A stretch of 64,000 bases of DNA from Octopus vulgaris (GCA_951406725.2 OX597830.1:62186001-62250000); one strand, 5' to 3'; numbered from the stretch's first letter, positions 40,910 to 56,629 are shown. Notes: a model not told the origin generated them from the sequence alone. Numbers and translations: made by a program.

Positions 40910-43173
40910 CTGTTGTGTGTCTCCACAATCGTAGCTCTCCACCGGACCGATGCATCTAACAAGAACACGAGCTCTTGTTTATAGAAACCAGCCAACAAAT
41001 TAGTTACTAATGCGTGCCGATGTCTGTTAAACTTTGATAATTCGTGGGTGCACACTGATGAGAAATCAAAACAAACGTTGGTTCGACACACACATTAAAA
41101 CTCTAAACCTATCACTTTGAACAACAACAAAGCGATATTTTTATTGTTTGGTTTCTTTTAAAGTGACATTAATTTAGTTTTCATACTTTATTAACAGGTG
41201 TATAATTAAGAAGTTTTGGGTCGTTGATTATACGTCGTACACAAAACACACACAGGTACGCGCACTCATACGCATGCATACAAACACATACACGTACGCA
41301 CGAAATCTTACAAACCATTTAGCTCTCAACTGTCGGAGTTTTACTTGATTGTTAAACGTTGTTTTGTTTCGTATTTGCTCGGTTGAATCCAATTAACACC
41401 GCTTACAAGCAATGTTTTTCCAATTAGGAAATTCCTTACAAAACATGACGACGGTTAGAGGAGAATTAACAAATATGGCTTCAAAAAAAAAAAAAAAAAA
41501 AAAGAAAGCAAACGATTTAAAAGACTCACTCTTTTTTGATTGGCTTGTTTCGTGACAAAACTGATGACGATGATGATGATGCCGATGATGATGCTTTCTG
41601 CTATAGGCACAAGGCCTGAAATTTTGGTGGAAGCGGGGATTAATCGATTATATCGACCCTAGTGTTTCACTGATATTTATTTCCTCGTCCCCGATAAGAT
41701 GGAAGGCAAAGTCGATCTCGGCAGAATTTGAACTCAGAACGTAAAGAGCTGGAAGCAGTGACGTGGCGTGGATTACCTGCGCCCAGGACGAGACAACTCT
41801 CGGGGGAAGGGTGGAGAATTTTTGTTTTGTTTCGTTTTTTTTTTAAATATTACACATTTATAAGGCGGTGAGCTGGCAGAAACGTTAGCGCGCCGGGCGA
41901 AATGCTTAATGGTACTTCGTCTGCCGTTACGTTCTGAGTTCAAATTCCGCCGAGGTCGACTTTGCCTTTCATCCTTTCGGGGTCGATTTATTAAGTACCA
42001 GTTATGCACTGGGGAGATGTAATCGACTTAATCCCTTTGTCTGTCCTTGTTTTTCCCCTCTATGTTTAGCTTCCTGTGGGCAATAAGGAAATGAATATTA
42101 GACATCTATAGGGCGGCAAGCTGGCAGAATTGTTAGCACGTCGGGCAAAATGCTTTACATTCTGAGTTCGGATTCCGCCGAGGTTGACTTTGAACACTGG
42201 TCTTGATGTTCTCGACTTAGCCCCTTTTCCCCTAAAATTATTTGTCTTGTACCAAAATTTGAAACCAATACTATACTTTTATAGGGCGGCGACCTAACAG
42301 ATTCATTAGCACGCCGGACAAAATGCTTAGCGACATTTCGTCCGTCTTTACGTTCTGAGTTCAAATCCCGCCGAGGCCGACTTTGCCTTCCTTCCTTTCG
42401 GCGTCGATAAAATAAATACCAGTCGAGTGCAGGGGTCGATGCAATCGACCTACCCACCCCACCCCCGAAATTGCTGGCCTTGTGCCAAAATCTGAAAGTA
42501 ATATTACCCATTTATTTTAGTTTGTAATGTTGCGCTCCTCAATGTTTTGCGCACTAAACCCCTTACAAAAACCCTCTCCTATGGTCCCGCCCATGCTACA
42601 CCACTACAAATACGTCATGCTTTGATTACGAATAAAAACTGAGACGTCGATAAGATAATATGTTATATCTTTTACAGCAAAGACACCTGTTACGGATATT
42701 TGAAATCAATTTGTAAGGGGCAGCACACGGGAAGGTACTTAAGAAAAGGTGTGCCCAGGTAAAAATAAATGATGAACAATATAACGATATTGAGTAATAG
42801 ACAGAGAAATGACACCGCAGTTTATTTGGAGATAATCGATTGATTGATCGATCGATCAGTCATGCTTTATTTATTTACATATTTTGTATCCAGTTTCACT
42901 TATTTGTTTATTTTATATCGGATTATTTATTTATTTATTTTTATAGGGGTGTAGTGGGGTTCCCAAAGGCGCTGGGGCTATGGTTCCGCGAATGCCTGAC
43001 AGCGAGAGCGGCAAGGGAGTGAGTATAAATCGGTGCAGAACAACTGTCGTCAAAGATTTCGTTCGAAAATCAATGATTTGTCGGTTTTGACACTGATATT
43101 TACATCATTAACAATTACAGACACACCCACATACACACATAGACAGACACATACACGGTATCTCTCACACTCA

Positions 43174-43230
<57 letters not shown>

Positions 43231-43297
43231 CATACAGACAGACAGACTGGCGAAGGCCGAAAGTACGAAGTTCCTGTCAATATTTTTGTAAAAGAAG

Positions 43298-43945
43298 GGC
43301 GGCGAGCTGGCAGAAACGTTAGCGCGCCGGGCGAAATGCGTAGCCGTATTTCGTCTGGCATTACGTTCTGAGTTCAAATTCCGCCGAGGTCGACTTTGCC
43401 TTTCATCCATTCGGGGTCGATTAAATAAGTACCTATTTCTTTATTACCCACAAGGGGCTAAACATAGAGGGGACAAACAAGGACAGACATAGGTATTAAG
43501 TCGATTACATCGACCCCAGTGCGTAACTGGTACTTAATTTATCGACCCCGAAAGGATGAAAGGCAAAGTCGACCTCGGCGGAATTTGAACTCAGAACGTT
43601 GCGACAGACGAAATACCGTCAAGCATTTCGCATGACGCGCTAACGTTTCTGCCAGCTCGCCGCCTTTGAATAAGTACCAGTTACACTCTGGGGTCGATAT
43701 AATTGACTTAATCCGTTTGTCTGTCCTTGTTTGTCCTCTTTGTGTTTAGCCCCTTGTGGGTAGTAAAGAAATAGGTATTTCGTCTGCCGCTACGTTCTGA
43801 GTTCCAATTCCGCCGAGGTCGACTTTGCCTTTCATCCTTTCGGGGTCGATAAATTAAGTATCAGTTGCGTACTGGAGTCGACCTAATCGACTGACCCCCC
43901 CACCCAAAAAAAAATTTCCAACCTTGTGCCTAGAGTATAAAAGAA
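43298..43945. mobile_element. Nested SINE-A trio
   Basis: A minus copy (43434-43668) is inserted in a plus copy with TSD AATAAGTACC at 43424-43433 and 43669-43678; a further unit follows from 43774. Confidence 0.9.
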
Positions 43946-44080
43946 TATATATATATATATATATATATATAGCATTTCTCCAAAACACTTCTTGAAATTA
44001 AAAGAATATGACACGTAACATACTAACTTGTAAAGAACCAAGACACAAAAAGGAAGAGGGACTGAATCAAATAAAAGGAA

Positions 44081-44116
<36 letters not shown>

Positions 44117-44127
44117 TGCGTGCGTGC

Positions 44128-44174
<47 letters not shown>

Positions 44175-44497
44175 GACGGTAGGAGTGAAGAGGAAATGAA
44201 AAATAGTACACGAAGACATGTAAATTGGGAAAGAGATGTCAAAACGTAATTTTGCTAAAAACCAGATTCGTACAACGAGATTATAATATCCAGATGCTGC
44301 GATGTGTACTCGCTGCTGTACGCCGCCTTACATACATACGTACGTATATACAGGCACAGGAGTGGCTAGGTGGTAAGTAGCTTGCTTACCAACCATATGG
44401 TTCAGGTTTCAGTCCCACAGCGTGGCGCCTTGGGCAAGTATCTTCTGCTATAGCCTTGTGAGTGGATTTGGTAGGTGGAAACTGAAAGAAGCCCATC

Positions 44498-44536
<39 letters not shown>

Positions 44537-45380
44537 TAGATAGATAGATAGATAATACATACATACATACATACATACATACATACATACATAAATGTGT
44601 GTGTGTGTGTCGCTTGACAACCAATGTCGGTGTGTTTATGTCTCCGTAACTTATCGGTTCGGCAAAAACGACCGATAAAACAAGCACTAGACTTACAAAG
44701 AATAAGTCCTGGGGTCGATTTGCTCGGCTAATGGCAGTGCCCCAGCATGGCCACGGTCAAATGACTGAAACAAGCAAAAGATAAAAGATACTCTGAAGTA
44801 TAATTACATAAAATAAGATAAAAAATTAACAGTAATTAAAAATAAAGAAAAAAATGGTTTTCAACGCTGCTTAACGCCAAGTTTTGCATTAAAAGAACTC
44901 GTGACTGATTGACGACTTGGGATAAAGCCAGACTCGTGCCAAATACTAATTTTCCCGCTATTTTCCCACAGGAAACCATTTCCAAAGATTGTCTTTTTTT
45001 AAATTAATATTTGTTTTATTGCGGTTTGTTTTTTGTTTATTTAACAAAGTTTATTGATTCTATTTTCTTTTCAAAAAATCTCAATTCCTTCTTTCTTCCT
45101 TTCTTTCTTTCTTCCTCTTTCTTCTTTCTTTCTTTCTTTCTTTCTCTCTCTCTCTCTCTCTCTCCCTTTCTTTTGCTCTTTCCCTTATTATCTCCTTTAC
45201 TTTCTATTTCCTCTCACCTTTCTCTCTTTCTCTCCCCACTCCCATCATTTCTCTGTCCCGTTTCTCCCTCTCTTTCTCTCTCTCTCTCTTGCTTTCTATT
45301 TTCTCTCTCCTTTCTCACTTTCCCCCTCAATTGTTTCTCTTTCCCTCTCTCCCTCTTTCTCTATCCTTTTCTTTTTCTCT

Positions 45381-45415
<35 letters not shown>

Positions 45416-46374
45416 CTTCGCGATCTCTCTTTTCTCTATCTCTCTCTTATTCTCTCTCTCTCTCCCTTTTCTCTCTCTCTTCAATCTTGTTATTGATTTC
45501 CTTTCTCCATCCACTCTTTCTCTTCCCACACCTTCCCTATACCCTTTTTCTCTTTTCTCCTTTCCTTTCTTTGCCTCTCTCTTCTTTTTCTCTCTCCTTC
45601 CTCCCTCTCTCTAGTCTTCTATTTCTTTATCTCCCTCTGTCCCCTCATCAATAAACACCATTTCCTCATGATTGGTAAATGCCATGAAAGAAAACCTATA
45701 CACATCAATAACAACCATTCCATATCAATTTCGTCACAGATTTCCAAACTTTGCCATAACCACGCAAAATAGGTTTCTACGTGATGTCTTTCACAATCTC
45801 TTCATGTAATTCGCCAACATGGAAGCAATGTGGAATTCAAAGCCGATTCTAACCAACACGCGCAGCACAGCTTCGTGTAAGAAGAACATTCTGGAATAAA
45901 AGCAAAATGGAAAGAAGCATTACAAAATTAAACACGAAAACTGGGTGATCTTTGAGGTGGTTACATTAATAATGTTTTAAGATGGAGAATGTTTGTTTTG
46001 CTAAAAGAGACAGACAGACAGACAGGCAGAGGAGACAGAGAGAAAAAATTCTCAGAGAAACGGTTGTCTGAGATCTTTTAGTTTTTAGGGTTTTTCAGTC
46101 ATTGGATTGCAGCCATGCTAGAGTACCGCCTTAAAGGGTTTTGGTCGAACAATTCCGCCCCAGTACTTACGCTTTTGCTTGCCTTTTTTTTTCTCTCTCT
46201 CTTTTAAAGTCGGGTACTTGTTCTGTCAGTTTCTTTTACCGAGGTGCTAAGTTAAGGGTACGTAAACAAACCAGCACCGGATGTCAGGCGGTCGAGAGGT
46301 GTGACAAACACAGACACATACGCATAAAGAAACACACACACACATATATATATACATGTATATATACATACATA

Positions 46375-46466
<92 letters not shown>

Positions 46467-46773
46467 GATTATATATAAAAAATACAAAACGGGACAAAAA
46501 CACAAAGAGACGACACAAAGAACGGACGGGTCATTCGAAGCCTCTAATCTTCAGTCAGGAACCGGATCGTCCTAACAGATTTCGGCTGATTAATCCTGAT
46601 ATCGCTTAGATCCGGCCAGCCCCAATGTTTATATATAGGCGCAGGAGTGACTATGTGGTAAGTAGCTCGGGTTCAGTCCCACTGCGTGGCAGATTGGGCA
46701 AGTGTCTTCTACTATAGCCTCGGGCCGACCAAAGCCTTGCGAGTGGATTTGGTAGACGGAAACTGAAAGAAGC

Positions 46774-46813
<40 letters not shown>

Positions 46814-47004
46814 TGTTTGTCTGTGTTTCTCCCACCACCATCGCTTGACAACTGATGTTGGTGTGTTTATGACCCCGTAACTTAGCGGCTTGGCAAAAGA
46901 GACTGACAGAATAAGTCCTGGGGTCGATCTGTTCGACTAAAGGCATTGCTTCAGCATGGCCTCAGTCAAATGACTGAAAGAAATAATATATATATATATA
47001 TATA

Positions 47005-47232
47005 GAGGCGCAATAGCCTAGTGGTTAGGGCAGCGGACTCGCAGTCGCAGGATCGCGGTTTCGATTCTCAGACTGGGCGTTGTGTGTGTTTATTGAGCGA
47101 AAACACCTAAAAGCTCTACGAGGCTCCGGCAGGGGGTGGTGATTCCTGCTGTACTCTTTCACCACAATGGCGGTGCCCCAGCATGGCCACAGCTCAAGAG
47201 CTGAAACTGGAAAAACAAAAACAAAACAAAAC
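47005..47232 (+). mobile_element. Chimeric SINE: family C head plus the CR1/L2-group LINE tail
   Basis: C head to about 47166, then ATGGCGGTGCCCCAGCATGGCCACAGCTCAAGAGCTGAAACTGG(AAAAC)n matching 12277-12322. Confidence 0.85.
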
Positions 47233-47891
47233 AATATATATATGCGTCGGGCTTCCAGTTTCCGTGTACCGAATTAACTCATAAATCATTGGTCAGCCTG
47301 CCAGGAACCATATTAGAAGACACTTGCTCAAGGTACCGCGCATTGGAACCGAATCCAAAACCTCGTGGTTGCAAAGTTAGCCTTTTAACCATGATGCCAC
47401 GCCTGCATTTACTATTGGAAATAGAATCATCTTTTCAAAGCAAAGAAGGCATATTTATTTATAAGGCTCTAAAGGAGAATGACTCTCCCAAGACACAACA
47501 GAATATGCTTCAACACACGAACTCACATAAAGAATCTTGCAAACCAAATCCAAAAACGAAATATTTATTTATCTATTTATTTAACTTTACGTAGGAAAGA
47601 GTAGGGAATGAGCAATTCTGATCCTAATTACAATCAGTGTGCGGCAAAACCATTCCCGGACCCACTGTTCTTGGCAAACGTTTCAACAAGAAACACAAGG
47701 TGTGCACCAGTTCAAACCGGAATGGCGATGGTGGTGTCTTATAGTCCGAGAAAGACCAGTTGTGGTGTTCGTTTGCTTTCCTCCTTAACAAAACTCTTGA
47801 ATCAACATCATCTTTTTACATAGGTTTCAGATTGGCAAACAAGACAACCTGTGAGGGAATTTCGTAGGTGAAAACTGTGTCGAATCCCATC

Positions 47892-47985
<94 letters not shown>

Positions 47986-48043
47986 GGAAAGTTTACGAAA
48001 AAAGCAAAAGACGAAGACAGGTGGTGTACAAAAGAAACAGATG

Positions 48044-48181
<138 letters not shown>

Positions 48182-48420
48182 AGGTTTGGAGATGATGTAC
48201 AGGTATTATATATTAGAAGAAATGAGGTAATCAGAAGATCGGATGTTTTATATTTACAGATATTTATTTGTATATTACATTTTTTTATATATATATATCA
48301 TATCACTTAGATCATTAGCGCTTTCTCCCATTCTAGTGGGGTTTTCAAATCAAACTTAGTTTGATTAGAACCCTCTTTATTGAGGTCACTAGTATATAAA
48401 TGCATACACACACACACACA

Positions 48421-48490
<70 letters not shown>

Positions 48491-49787
48491 CAAATATGGT
48501 GTGTGTGTGTGCATATGTGCATGTGTGCGCGCGTGCACGTGTGTATAGTATATATGTTTCTGTGTGTTTTATATGTCCGTGTTTGCCACCACCCCACCGC
48601 TTTACAACCGACGTTCGTTTGTTTACGGTCACATAGCCGAGCGGTTCGACAAAAGAATATTTGAGTAGGTACCAGATTTCAAAAAAAAAAAAAATTCTTA
48701 AATACTGGAATCGATTTATCAGAGGTTGTGCTCCAAGTTGGCCTCAATCCAGGAACAGAAGCAAATAAAAGCAGATTATAAAAAGATTTGTAGCCAGAGG
48801 CAAGATGACGGTGTGATTAGAACCCTCTTTATTGAGGTCACTAGTAATGGCGAGAAAGAAATTAAGGCTACCACTTCTACACCACACTCTCCCAAGAATA
48901 ATTATCCAGAGTGGAAATACTTCGGGGAAATATTCAACATTTAATTAATAGCCTATATTCATCAAACTAGCGCGAACGAGATAAATAAAATATTGATCTA
49001 GAAAAAAAAAACAAACAAAAACAAAACAATCGATATTTTGCTGGTAATGGTATGTTAATGTTTTCTTCAGGAACAAATCTTTTGTATCAGCACTGAATAT
49101 ATTTGTCTTGAAAGAAAGAAGGAACCATTCCAAGACGCTGTGGAGACATTGGATGGCGAAATAAGAAAAATCAATAACGCCCAGAATTCAAGCCGCGATA
49201 TGGATTTGTATTAGCAAGGCACAAGCCGTGGTTGTATAGAATCCAACTAATCCGAATGAGATAAAATAAAGACAGAGATCAAAGATCAGTTGAGTCACGT
49301 GATCGATTTTTATTTTATTTATTTATCTTTATCATGTTCCACAATCAACTCGGTATTTATGGTCGACTCTCCTTTCGTGCCGTATTCCGAGCGTATTTCC
49401 ACACACGAAATATAAAGACCGTTTTAATATTTTAGCTGAAAATTCTTGTCTTTAATCTCATCTCCACCAAAAAGAGTTTTTCCTCTCTGCAGTTCCTCGA
49501 AGCTCTTACCGTCTCAATGAAAGCTCCTCCCTCTCTCTCTCGCATTCTCTCTCTCTCTTTCTCCTTATTTGCATTGCGAAAACCGAAGATTCCTGCATTT
49601 TCTGATAAACTGGAACTACGCATCTCACGTATCTTTCTTTTATTCTTACTTTATTCAACGGGTTTCAGTCGATATGATGTTTGCTTAAATATGTCCTACT
49701 CACAACCCTACCCACCCTACCTTTACGTGTATGAATGTATGCATCTATCTCCCTATCTCTCTCCCCCTCTCTCTCTCTCACTCTCTT

Positions 49788-49849
<62 letters not shown>

Positions 49850-49854
<5 letters not shown>

Positions 49855-50141
49855 AAAAATGAGGGTGAAAAAATTGGATATTAATTTAATAACATCAATT
49901 TAAACACCAGTGGCCTAGCGCGTAAAAGACTGAAATTCAGTAAATATTATTAGTACACAAATATGAGAGAGAATCCACTATGTGGACGCTCTTACGCTAG
50001 AGATAGATCCGCAAGGGTCCCAACCACTAAGGATTGTTCTCTTGTCCTGCTCGCTTACGTTCATGGTGTGCTAAATTTTTCTTGAGAACTCTTAGTGGTT
50101 GGGACACTTGCGGATCTATCTCTAGCGTAAGAGCGTCCACA
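49850..50141. mobile_element. Second copy of the 11633-12262 element with an internal 51-bp inverted duplication
   Basis: Reverse complement of 12070-12260; arms at 49981-50031 and 50091-50141. Confidence 0.8.
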
Positions 50142-51806
50142 TTACTCTTTATCTTTACTCTTTCAATTGTTTCAGTCATTTGACTGCGGCCATGCTGGAG
50201 CACCGCCTTTAGTCGAGCAAATTTGAACCCCACTCCCTCAAAAACTGCTGACCTTGAACTCTGCCATGATCTAGCGTCCTATCCAGAGGGAATGTTGTGA
50301 TCTCGGTCACATACACGCCATGGAAGCCGGGTATCAGGCTTTAATGGAGTCCTCGGACTCGAGAAAAACAACAATCTCCTTCAAGAATTACAAATATAAT
50401 CTCGCACAAACAAACTTACCAACAGATGCATCGCATCGCAACCAAATGCAGCATATAAACAACAACAGATGCGACGTGTTAACAACAGCTGCAACGTCCC
50501 AAGCTCTGTGAAACTAACTGACACGTGTTTAGTCAATATACAAGAATTTCACGATAAACATCCTGAAAGAAACCAAAAAAGAAATGTTTTCTTTTTGCCG
50601 ACGAACAACCGAACCCTCCCTATTAAATGCTCTGCTACTAACCATGCACGCTGTTTACCTAATATGCTTCCTTCCAGTGAAGGCGCATAGTTTAGTGGTT
50701 AAGATGTTCAGCTCATGATCATCATGATCAAAGGGTTTGGGGTTCAGTTTCTGAACTGGTAGATACTACGCTATGTTCTTGAGCAAGACACTTTATTTCA
50801 CGTTGCTTCAGTCTACGTAGAATCAAATGAGTACCTATTTCTTTACTACCCACAAGGGGCTAAACATAGAGAGGACAAACAAGGACAGACGAACGAATTA
50901 AGTCGATTATATCGACCCCAGTGCGTAACTGGTACTTATTTAATCGACCCCGAAAGGATAAAAGGCAAAATCGACCTCGGCGGAATTTGAACTCAGAACG
51001 TAACGACAGACGAAATACGGCTACGCATTTCGCCCGGCGTGCTAACGTTTCTGCCATCTAAGTGTTTGCGTAGCCACTCACCCTTCAGTTGTCATATCCT
51101 GGATGTGCTGCTGGATCAAGGGGAAAGAGGCCAAGAGGCTGTCTATATCTGCCCGCCTCTATATAGACATGAACTTCTTCAAGTGTCACCAGAAGAGGAA
51201 GGTGAACGTAGAGAGAGAGAGTGGGGGGCTGTTTCCTAGTGTATTTATCGAAAGATGGATGAGAGGGGCAAAAACTGGTGAGTTTGGATGGGTCTACCCT
51301 GTATATGCTTTTCATTCTAAGTAAGAAGAAACTGGATGAAGGCCTTTTCGAAGCTCAATAATCCGGGCCTTTTATGTCGGGGGTTTCCCCGGAATTACCC
51401 TTGGTGGACTTTCGTCTATCAGGGAATTTTCCTTGTTGAAATTTTTGTTGGAATTTTATTTATATATTACGGAAGTGCACTTATCAAACAAGTGTTTTTA
51501 TATAAGACCACGTGGTATTAAAGCAATTACAGTGTGGGAAGTACATAATGGTTTCAAATTTAGGCTCAAGGCCAGCAATTTGGAAGAGGGGGTAATTCGA
51601 TTACATGGACCCCAGTGATCAACTGTTATCTATTTTATCGATCCCAAAGGGATGAGAGGCAAAGTCAACCTCAGTGGAATTGGAACTCAGAACGTTAAGA
51701 GAGAAAGGCCACTAAGCATGTTACCCTGCGTGCTAACGATTCTTCTCTAGGCACAAAGCCCGAAATTTTGGGGAAAGGGGCCAGTCGATTAGACCAACTC
51801 CAGTAC

Positions 51807-52096
51807 GGATGAAAGCAAAGTATACCCCGAAGGGATGAAAGGCAAAGTCGACCCCGAAAGGATGAAAGGCAAAGTCGACCCCGAAATGATGAAAGGCAAA
51901 ATCGACCCCGAAAGGATGAAAAGCAAAGTCGACCCCGAAAGGATGAAAGGCAAAGTCGACCCCGAAAGGATGAGAGGCAAAGTCGACCCCGAAAGGATGA
52001 AAGGTAAAGTCGACCCCGAAAGGAAGAAAGGCAAAGTCGACCCCGAAAGGATGAAAGGCAAAGTCGACCCCGAAAGGAAGAAAGGCAAAGTCGACC
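51807..52096. repeat. 27-bp tandem array derived from the SINE-A central domain (10-11 units)
   Basis: GACCCCGAAAGGATGAAAGGCAAAGTC repeated, embedded in a SINE-A multimer at 51550-52372. Confidence 0.95.
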
Positions 52097-52814
52097 TCGG
52101 CGGAATTTGAACTCAGAACATAAAGACAGACGAAATGCCTATTTCTTTACTATCCACAAGGGGCTAAACACAGAGAGGACAAACAAGGACAGACAAACGG
52201 ATTAAGTCGATTACATCGATCCCAGTGCGTAACTGGTACTTATTTAATCGACCCCGAAAGGATGAAAGGCAAAGTCGACCTCGGCGGAATTTAAACACAG
52301 AACGTAGCGGCAGACGAAATACCGCTTAGCATTTCGCCCGGCGTGTTAACGATTCCGCTTGCTCACCGCCCTTATGGAAGGCACATATAAGCCATTCAAA
52401 AAAAAAAAAAAAAAAAGACACAAAGACTTAGTTATTATTTGGTGTCAAAAATTTGACACGAAATAATAAACATTTAAGTGAAGTGAACAGTCTTTGTATG
52501 TTTTTGAGTGGTTAATATGTCTTCCTCGCTGTAATTGTCATACGTTAAAGCTTAAAATTAGAACACGCTATAAATATTTGACCAATTGTTAGAATAAGCA
52601 GAATTAATACTAAATTGCAATGAAATATTATACACGAGTATAGATTGTTTACTGTGTAATGCATAGTATCTGTAATCTCAGTAAATGTTTGTCGAGGTAA
52701 AATAAACACAATTAGTCATAAATTTTTTATTTAGGTTGTAAGATACATCTCTATAAATGCTTTGAGATACATCATAAGAAATGTTCTTAGCTCCGTATGG
52801 GAGTTTGTCGCCTT

Positions 52815-53140
52815 TCAATAGCGGGCTCTTCGCCCTGTTGACCCAGCTGCCGCTTGATCAAAACTCGGCTTGCATCTCAGCAGCCACAAGCCAGTGGAGG
52901 AGGGGGAGGTCTTCTTGACTTTTTGTTCAAAGCTTTTCGGCGGTTTGCTCACCGGTTTCATTAATATAACATATTCCTCTTGCAACCACATCTTTTCTGC
53001 TGCAGTGATTCCAAGCCTTGTCACAGCCTTTTATGAATACCCTTACAAAACCCCAGCATCTTATCGGAAATGCTGCAGCGAACTCACCACTTGAATATAA
53101 CACTGCTGGCCTTGTACTTAAAGTAGTAGCCAGCAATATC
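52815..53140 (-). pseudogene. Possible hAT transposase relic
   Basis: AVTRLG...EYVILMKPVSK resembles the EYxxxMKPxxxAL segment of hAT transposases; no TIR seen. Confidence 0.3.
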
Positions 53141-53428
53141 AATTAACCGCTTAATTAATTAATTTATCAATTATTTGATCTATTAATTGCTTAATCAATA
53201 ATTTGGTTCATCAGAGTATTTCAGCTGAACCAACTGGCTAATTGGTGGAACGATTGATGAAATAATCGATTAGTTAATTAGATAAATTTGTTAATTGATT
53301 GATTGATGATGATGATAAAAAAGAAGTGATATATAAGTAGTACGCGTGTTTTCATTCGTAAAATGACCGTCCCAATGTACCTAACGTTTAATTAATTGAT
53401 GATGATAATGATTTATTTGCTCAGAGGG

Positions 53429-53494
<66 letters not shown>

Positions 53495-54839
53495 TAATAA
53501 TAATAAATAAATAATTTCTTTATTAACCATAAAGGTTTATATTATGAAAAAACATGGACAAAACAATGTTTGTAGGTGAGTGTGTTGTGAGGGTTTTGCA
53601 TGTAAACGAGACTAACAAAAATTTCCTTCTCTTCTTTTCTTCTTTTCTTCTTTAGTTTTTTCTTCACCTTTCCCTTTTCTTTCTTCTTCTTGTTCTCCAT
53701 TTTCTTCTTCCTTATTTTTGGGTCCTCCTCTTCTTCCGCTCTCTCACTATCATCATCATCAACATCATCATCATCGTCATAAGCTTCCCTTTCTTCTTCT
53801 TCTTCTTCTTCTTCTTCTTCTTCTTCTTCTTCTTCTTCTTCTTCTTCTTCTCCTCCTCCTCCTCCTACTGCTATCAATCAATCTGTCAACGCAATAAGTG
53901 TCCATTATTCTCCACTGTTGGGTTTAATAAGGACAGCAATATCACTACCACCCCACCACCACCACAACAACAACAACAACAACCACCACCACCGGCCCCA
54001 CCACCGTCGCCAACATGACCGCACGACCAACACCACCGAAACTAGGTCAATGTTCTCATTCACCTTTATAGGTTATTAAATAATTTTTGGGGTTCTTTTT
54101 CCTTCGGTCTTTCAGTGTTGCTTTTTGTTGGTTGTTTTTCTTAACATGTTTCGGTAGCTGCGACAACAGGTAGGAAGAAGAGGAGGGAGAAGAGGCAGAA
54201 GAGGAAGAAGAGGGGGGGGGGGCATGTCCTTTTTCTTGTCAATACAATGACAGCAATCCCACCCGCTTCTCTCTCTCTCTCTTTCCTCTCCCTCTCTCAT
54301 TCATTCCCTACCTCTAACTATTTGCCTCTCACTCTCTCTCTCGCTTTTATTGACTGACTCTCTCTACACCTCTCTTTCATTCATTGTGTGTGTGTGTGTG
54401 TGTTTTCTTCGCTCTCCGTCTCCCTCCGCCTTTCCCTCTTTCTGTCGCTTCCTCTCTCTTTCTCTTTCGCTGTCTCTTATTCATTTTCTGCCTCTCTCTA
54501 TCTTTCTCTCTCTCTTTCACTCTTTTGTTCTCTCTACTCCCCCTCTCTCTCTGTCTCTCATTCATTATGTATTTGTGCGTGTGTGTATATATGTATGTGT
54601 GTCTTCCTCGCTCTCGCTCTCGATCTCTTTCTCTCTCCCCCCCTCTCTGTCATTCATTCGCTGTCCCTCTCTCTTTCTCTCTGTCTTCCTCTACACATCT
54701 GTCCCTCCTTGTGTGATATCTTTATCTCTAAAACAACAACAGCAACAACATCTAAGATTGCTGTGACCTCTCAAAGTACGACGAAAACTTTCACCTGACT
54801 CAGCAAAGGGGTGGGGTACGTAAGAGGGTACATAGGTAA

Positions 54840-54881
<42 letters not shown>

Positions 54882-55160
54882 GGACAGACAGACAGACACA
54901 GACAGACACATAGACAGACAGAAAGAGAGGAAAATTACAACGACAAAAATAGCAACAACAAAAACCAAAGTTCGTGTGGGCCTGGAGCAAGGCCCCTTCA
55001 TCATCTTGCTTCCCTAGATTGAAACCAACCATTGTAGTTTTAGCTTTAACATTATAGAACCGCACCCACATACCCAGAGACAGGAGTTCACACATACGTC
55101 TTATATATACAGATATATATTTAGAGAGATAATGATAGATAGATAGATAGATAGATAGAG

Positions 55161-55248
<88 letters not shown>

Positions 55249-56360
55249 GGATGGATGGATAGATTAGGTTAACGAGGGCAATTCTTTAAATAGTCGACCG
55301 ACCGGCAAAAAAGTAGGAGGTTAGTTTTAAATCACACCCTAGTACACATTGGGTAAGGGATGGTCACAGCTGGAATGCCTTTGATCGTAGGCCATCTCGA
55401 TAAGACTTGACCTGGGTCTAAACGACACCATATAGATAACACGGTTACTCTACACACACACACATAGAGTGGGAGAGGGAGAGATAGGTAGACAGACAGA
55501 TATATATATATATTACCTGTGCAGAATTAGCTGTTTTGACTGCTATTTCTAAATTTTCGGTATGTGGTGAAGCAACTTCTTGCTAATCCCTTAATTATGT
55601 TTATAATTATAAAATAAACTTTTTGTATAAGTTTTTACCGATGATGGTTTTTCCATACCGAAGCTACTTGGTAAAATTTATTAATTATTAAATTAATAAT
55701 TTTTTACCTTATATCTATAATATATATCACCTGTGTATATATATATTTCTTTACTACCCACAAGGGGCTAAACATAGAGGGGACAAACAAAGGGATTAAC
55801 TCGATTATATCGACCCCAGTGCGTAACTGGTACTTAATTTATCGACCCCGAAAGGATGAAAGGCAAAGTCGACCTCGGCGGAATTTGAACCCAGAACACG
55901 TGACAGCAGACGGAATACGGCTCACATTTCGCCCTGCGTGCTAACGATTCTGCCAGCTCACCTGTGTATATATACACACACACAGGTAGATATAGATATA
56001 TATGTATATATAATATAGACAGACAGACAGGTATATAGCTACCTCTCTCTACGAGTCGATTTCCGTCACGTTTGCGATTTTACCAATGTGTTGCATCGGA
56101 AGTAGCATTGGATTGCCTCTCAGTAAGTTGATGGCACCAACGGTATTTATGGTGGCATCACCATCGAAGACCAAAACCAATACACGTGCTTGTGTTCTGC
56201 ATTCAATCAGACAGGTAAGAAATTCTAATTCCGCCAGGTGTTTTAACTGCTAATGTAAACAGTGTTATGGTTAATTTCATATTTTGGATTTCGTGCGTAG
56301 GTCGTGCTTTTAGTGTTAATATTTTTATATTCGTTGACAATATACATACATGTGTATGTG

Positions 56361-56620
<260 letters not shown>

Positions 56621-56629
56621 GTATGTATG

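Noticed and set aside
49280-49640. Possible promoter (CACGTG E-box, CpG-containing)
   Set aside because: Short motifs are expected by chance and no linked gene is visible
51060-51480. Unique-looking sequence as a possible host exon
   Set aside because: Only short ORFs and no recognisable motif; more likely an old TE fragment
51807-52096. CRISPR-like array or repeat protein
   Set aside because: No unique spacers; the unit is an exact piece of SINE-A; eukaryotic context
53542-53877. Acidic/basic low-complexity ORF
   Set aside because: Built from GAA/GAT repeats; no splice or domain support
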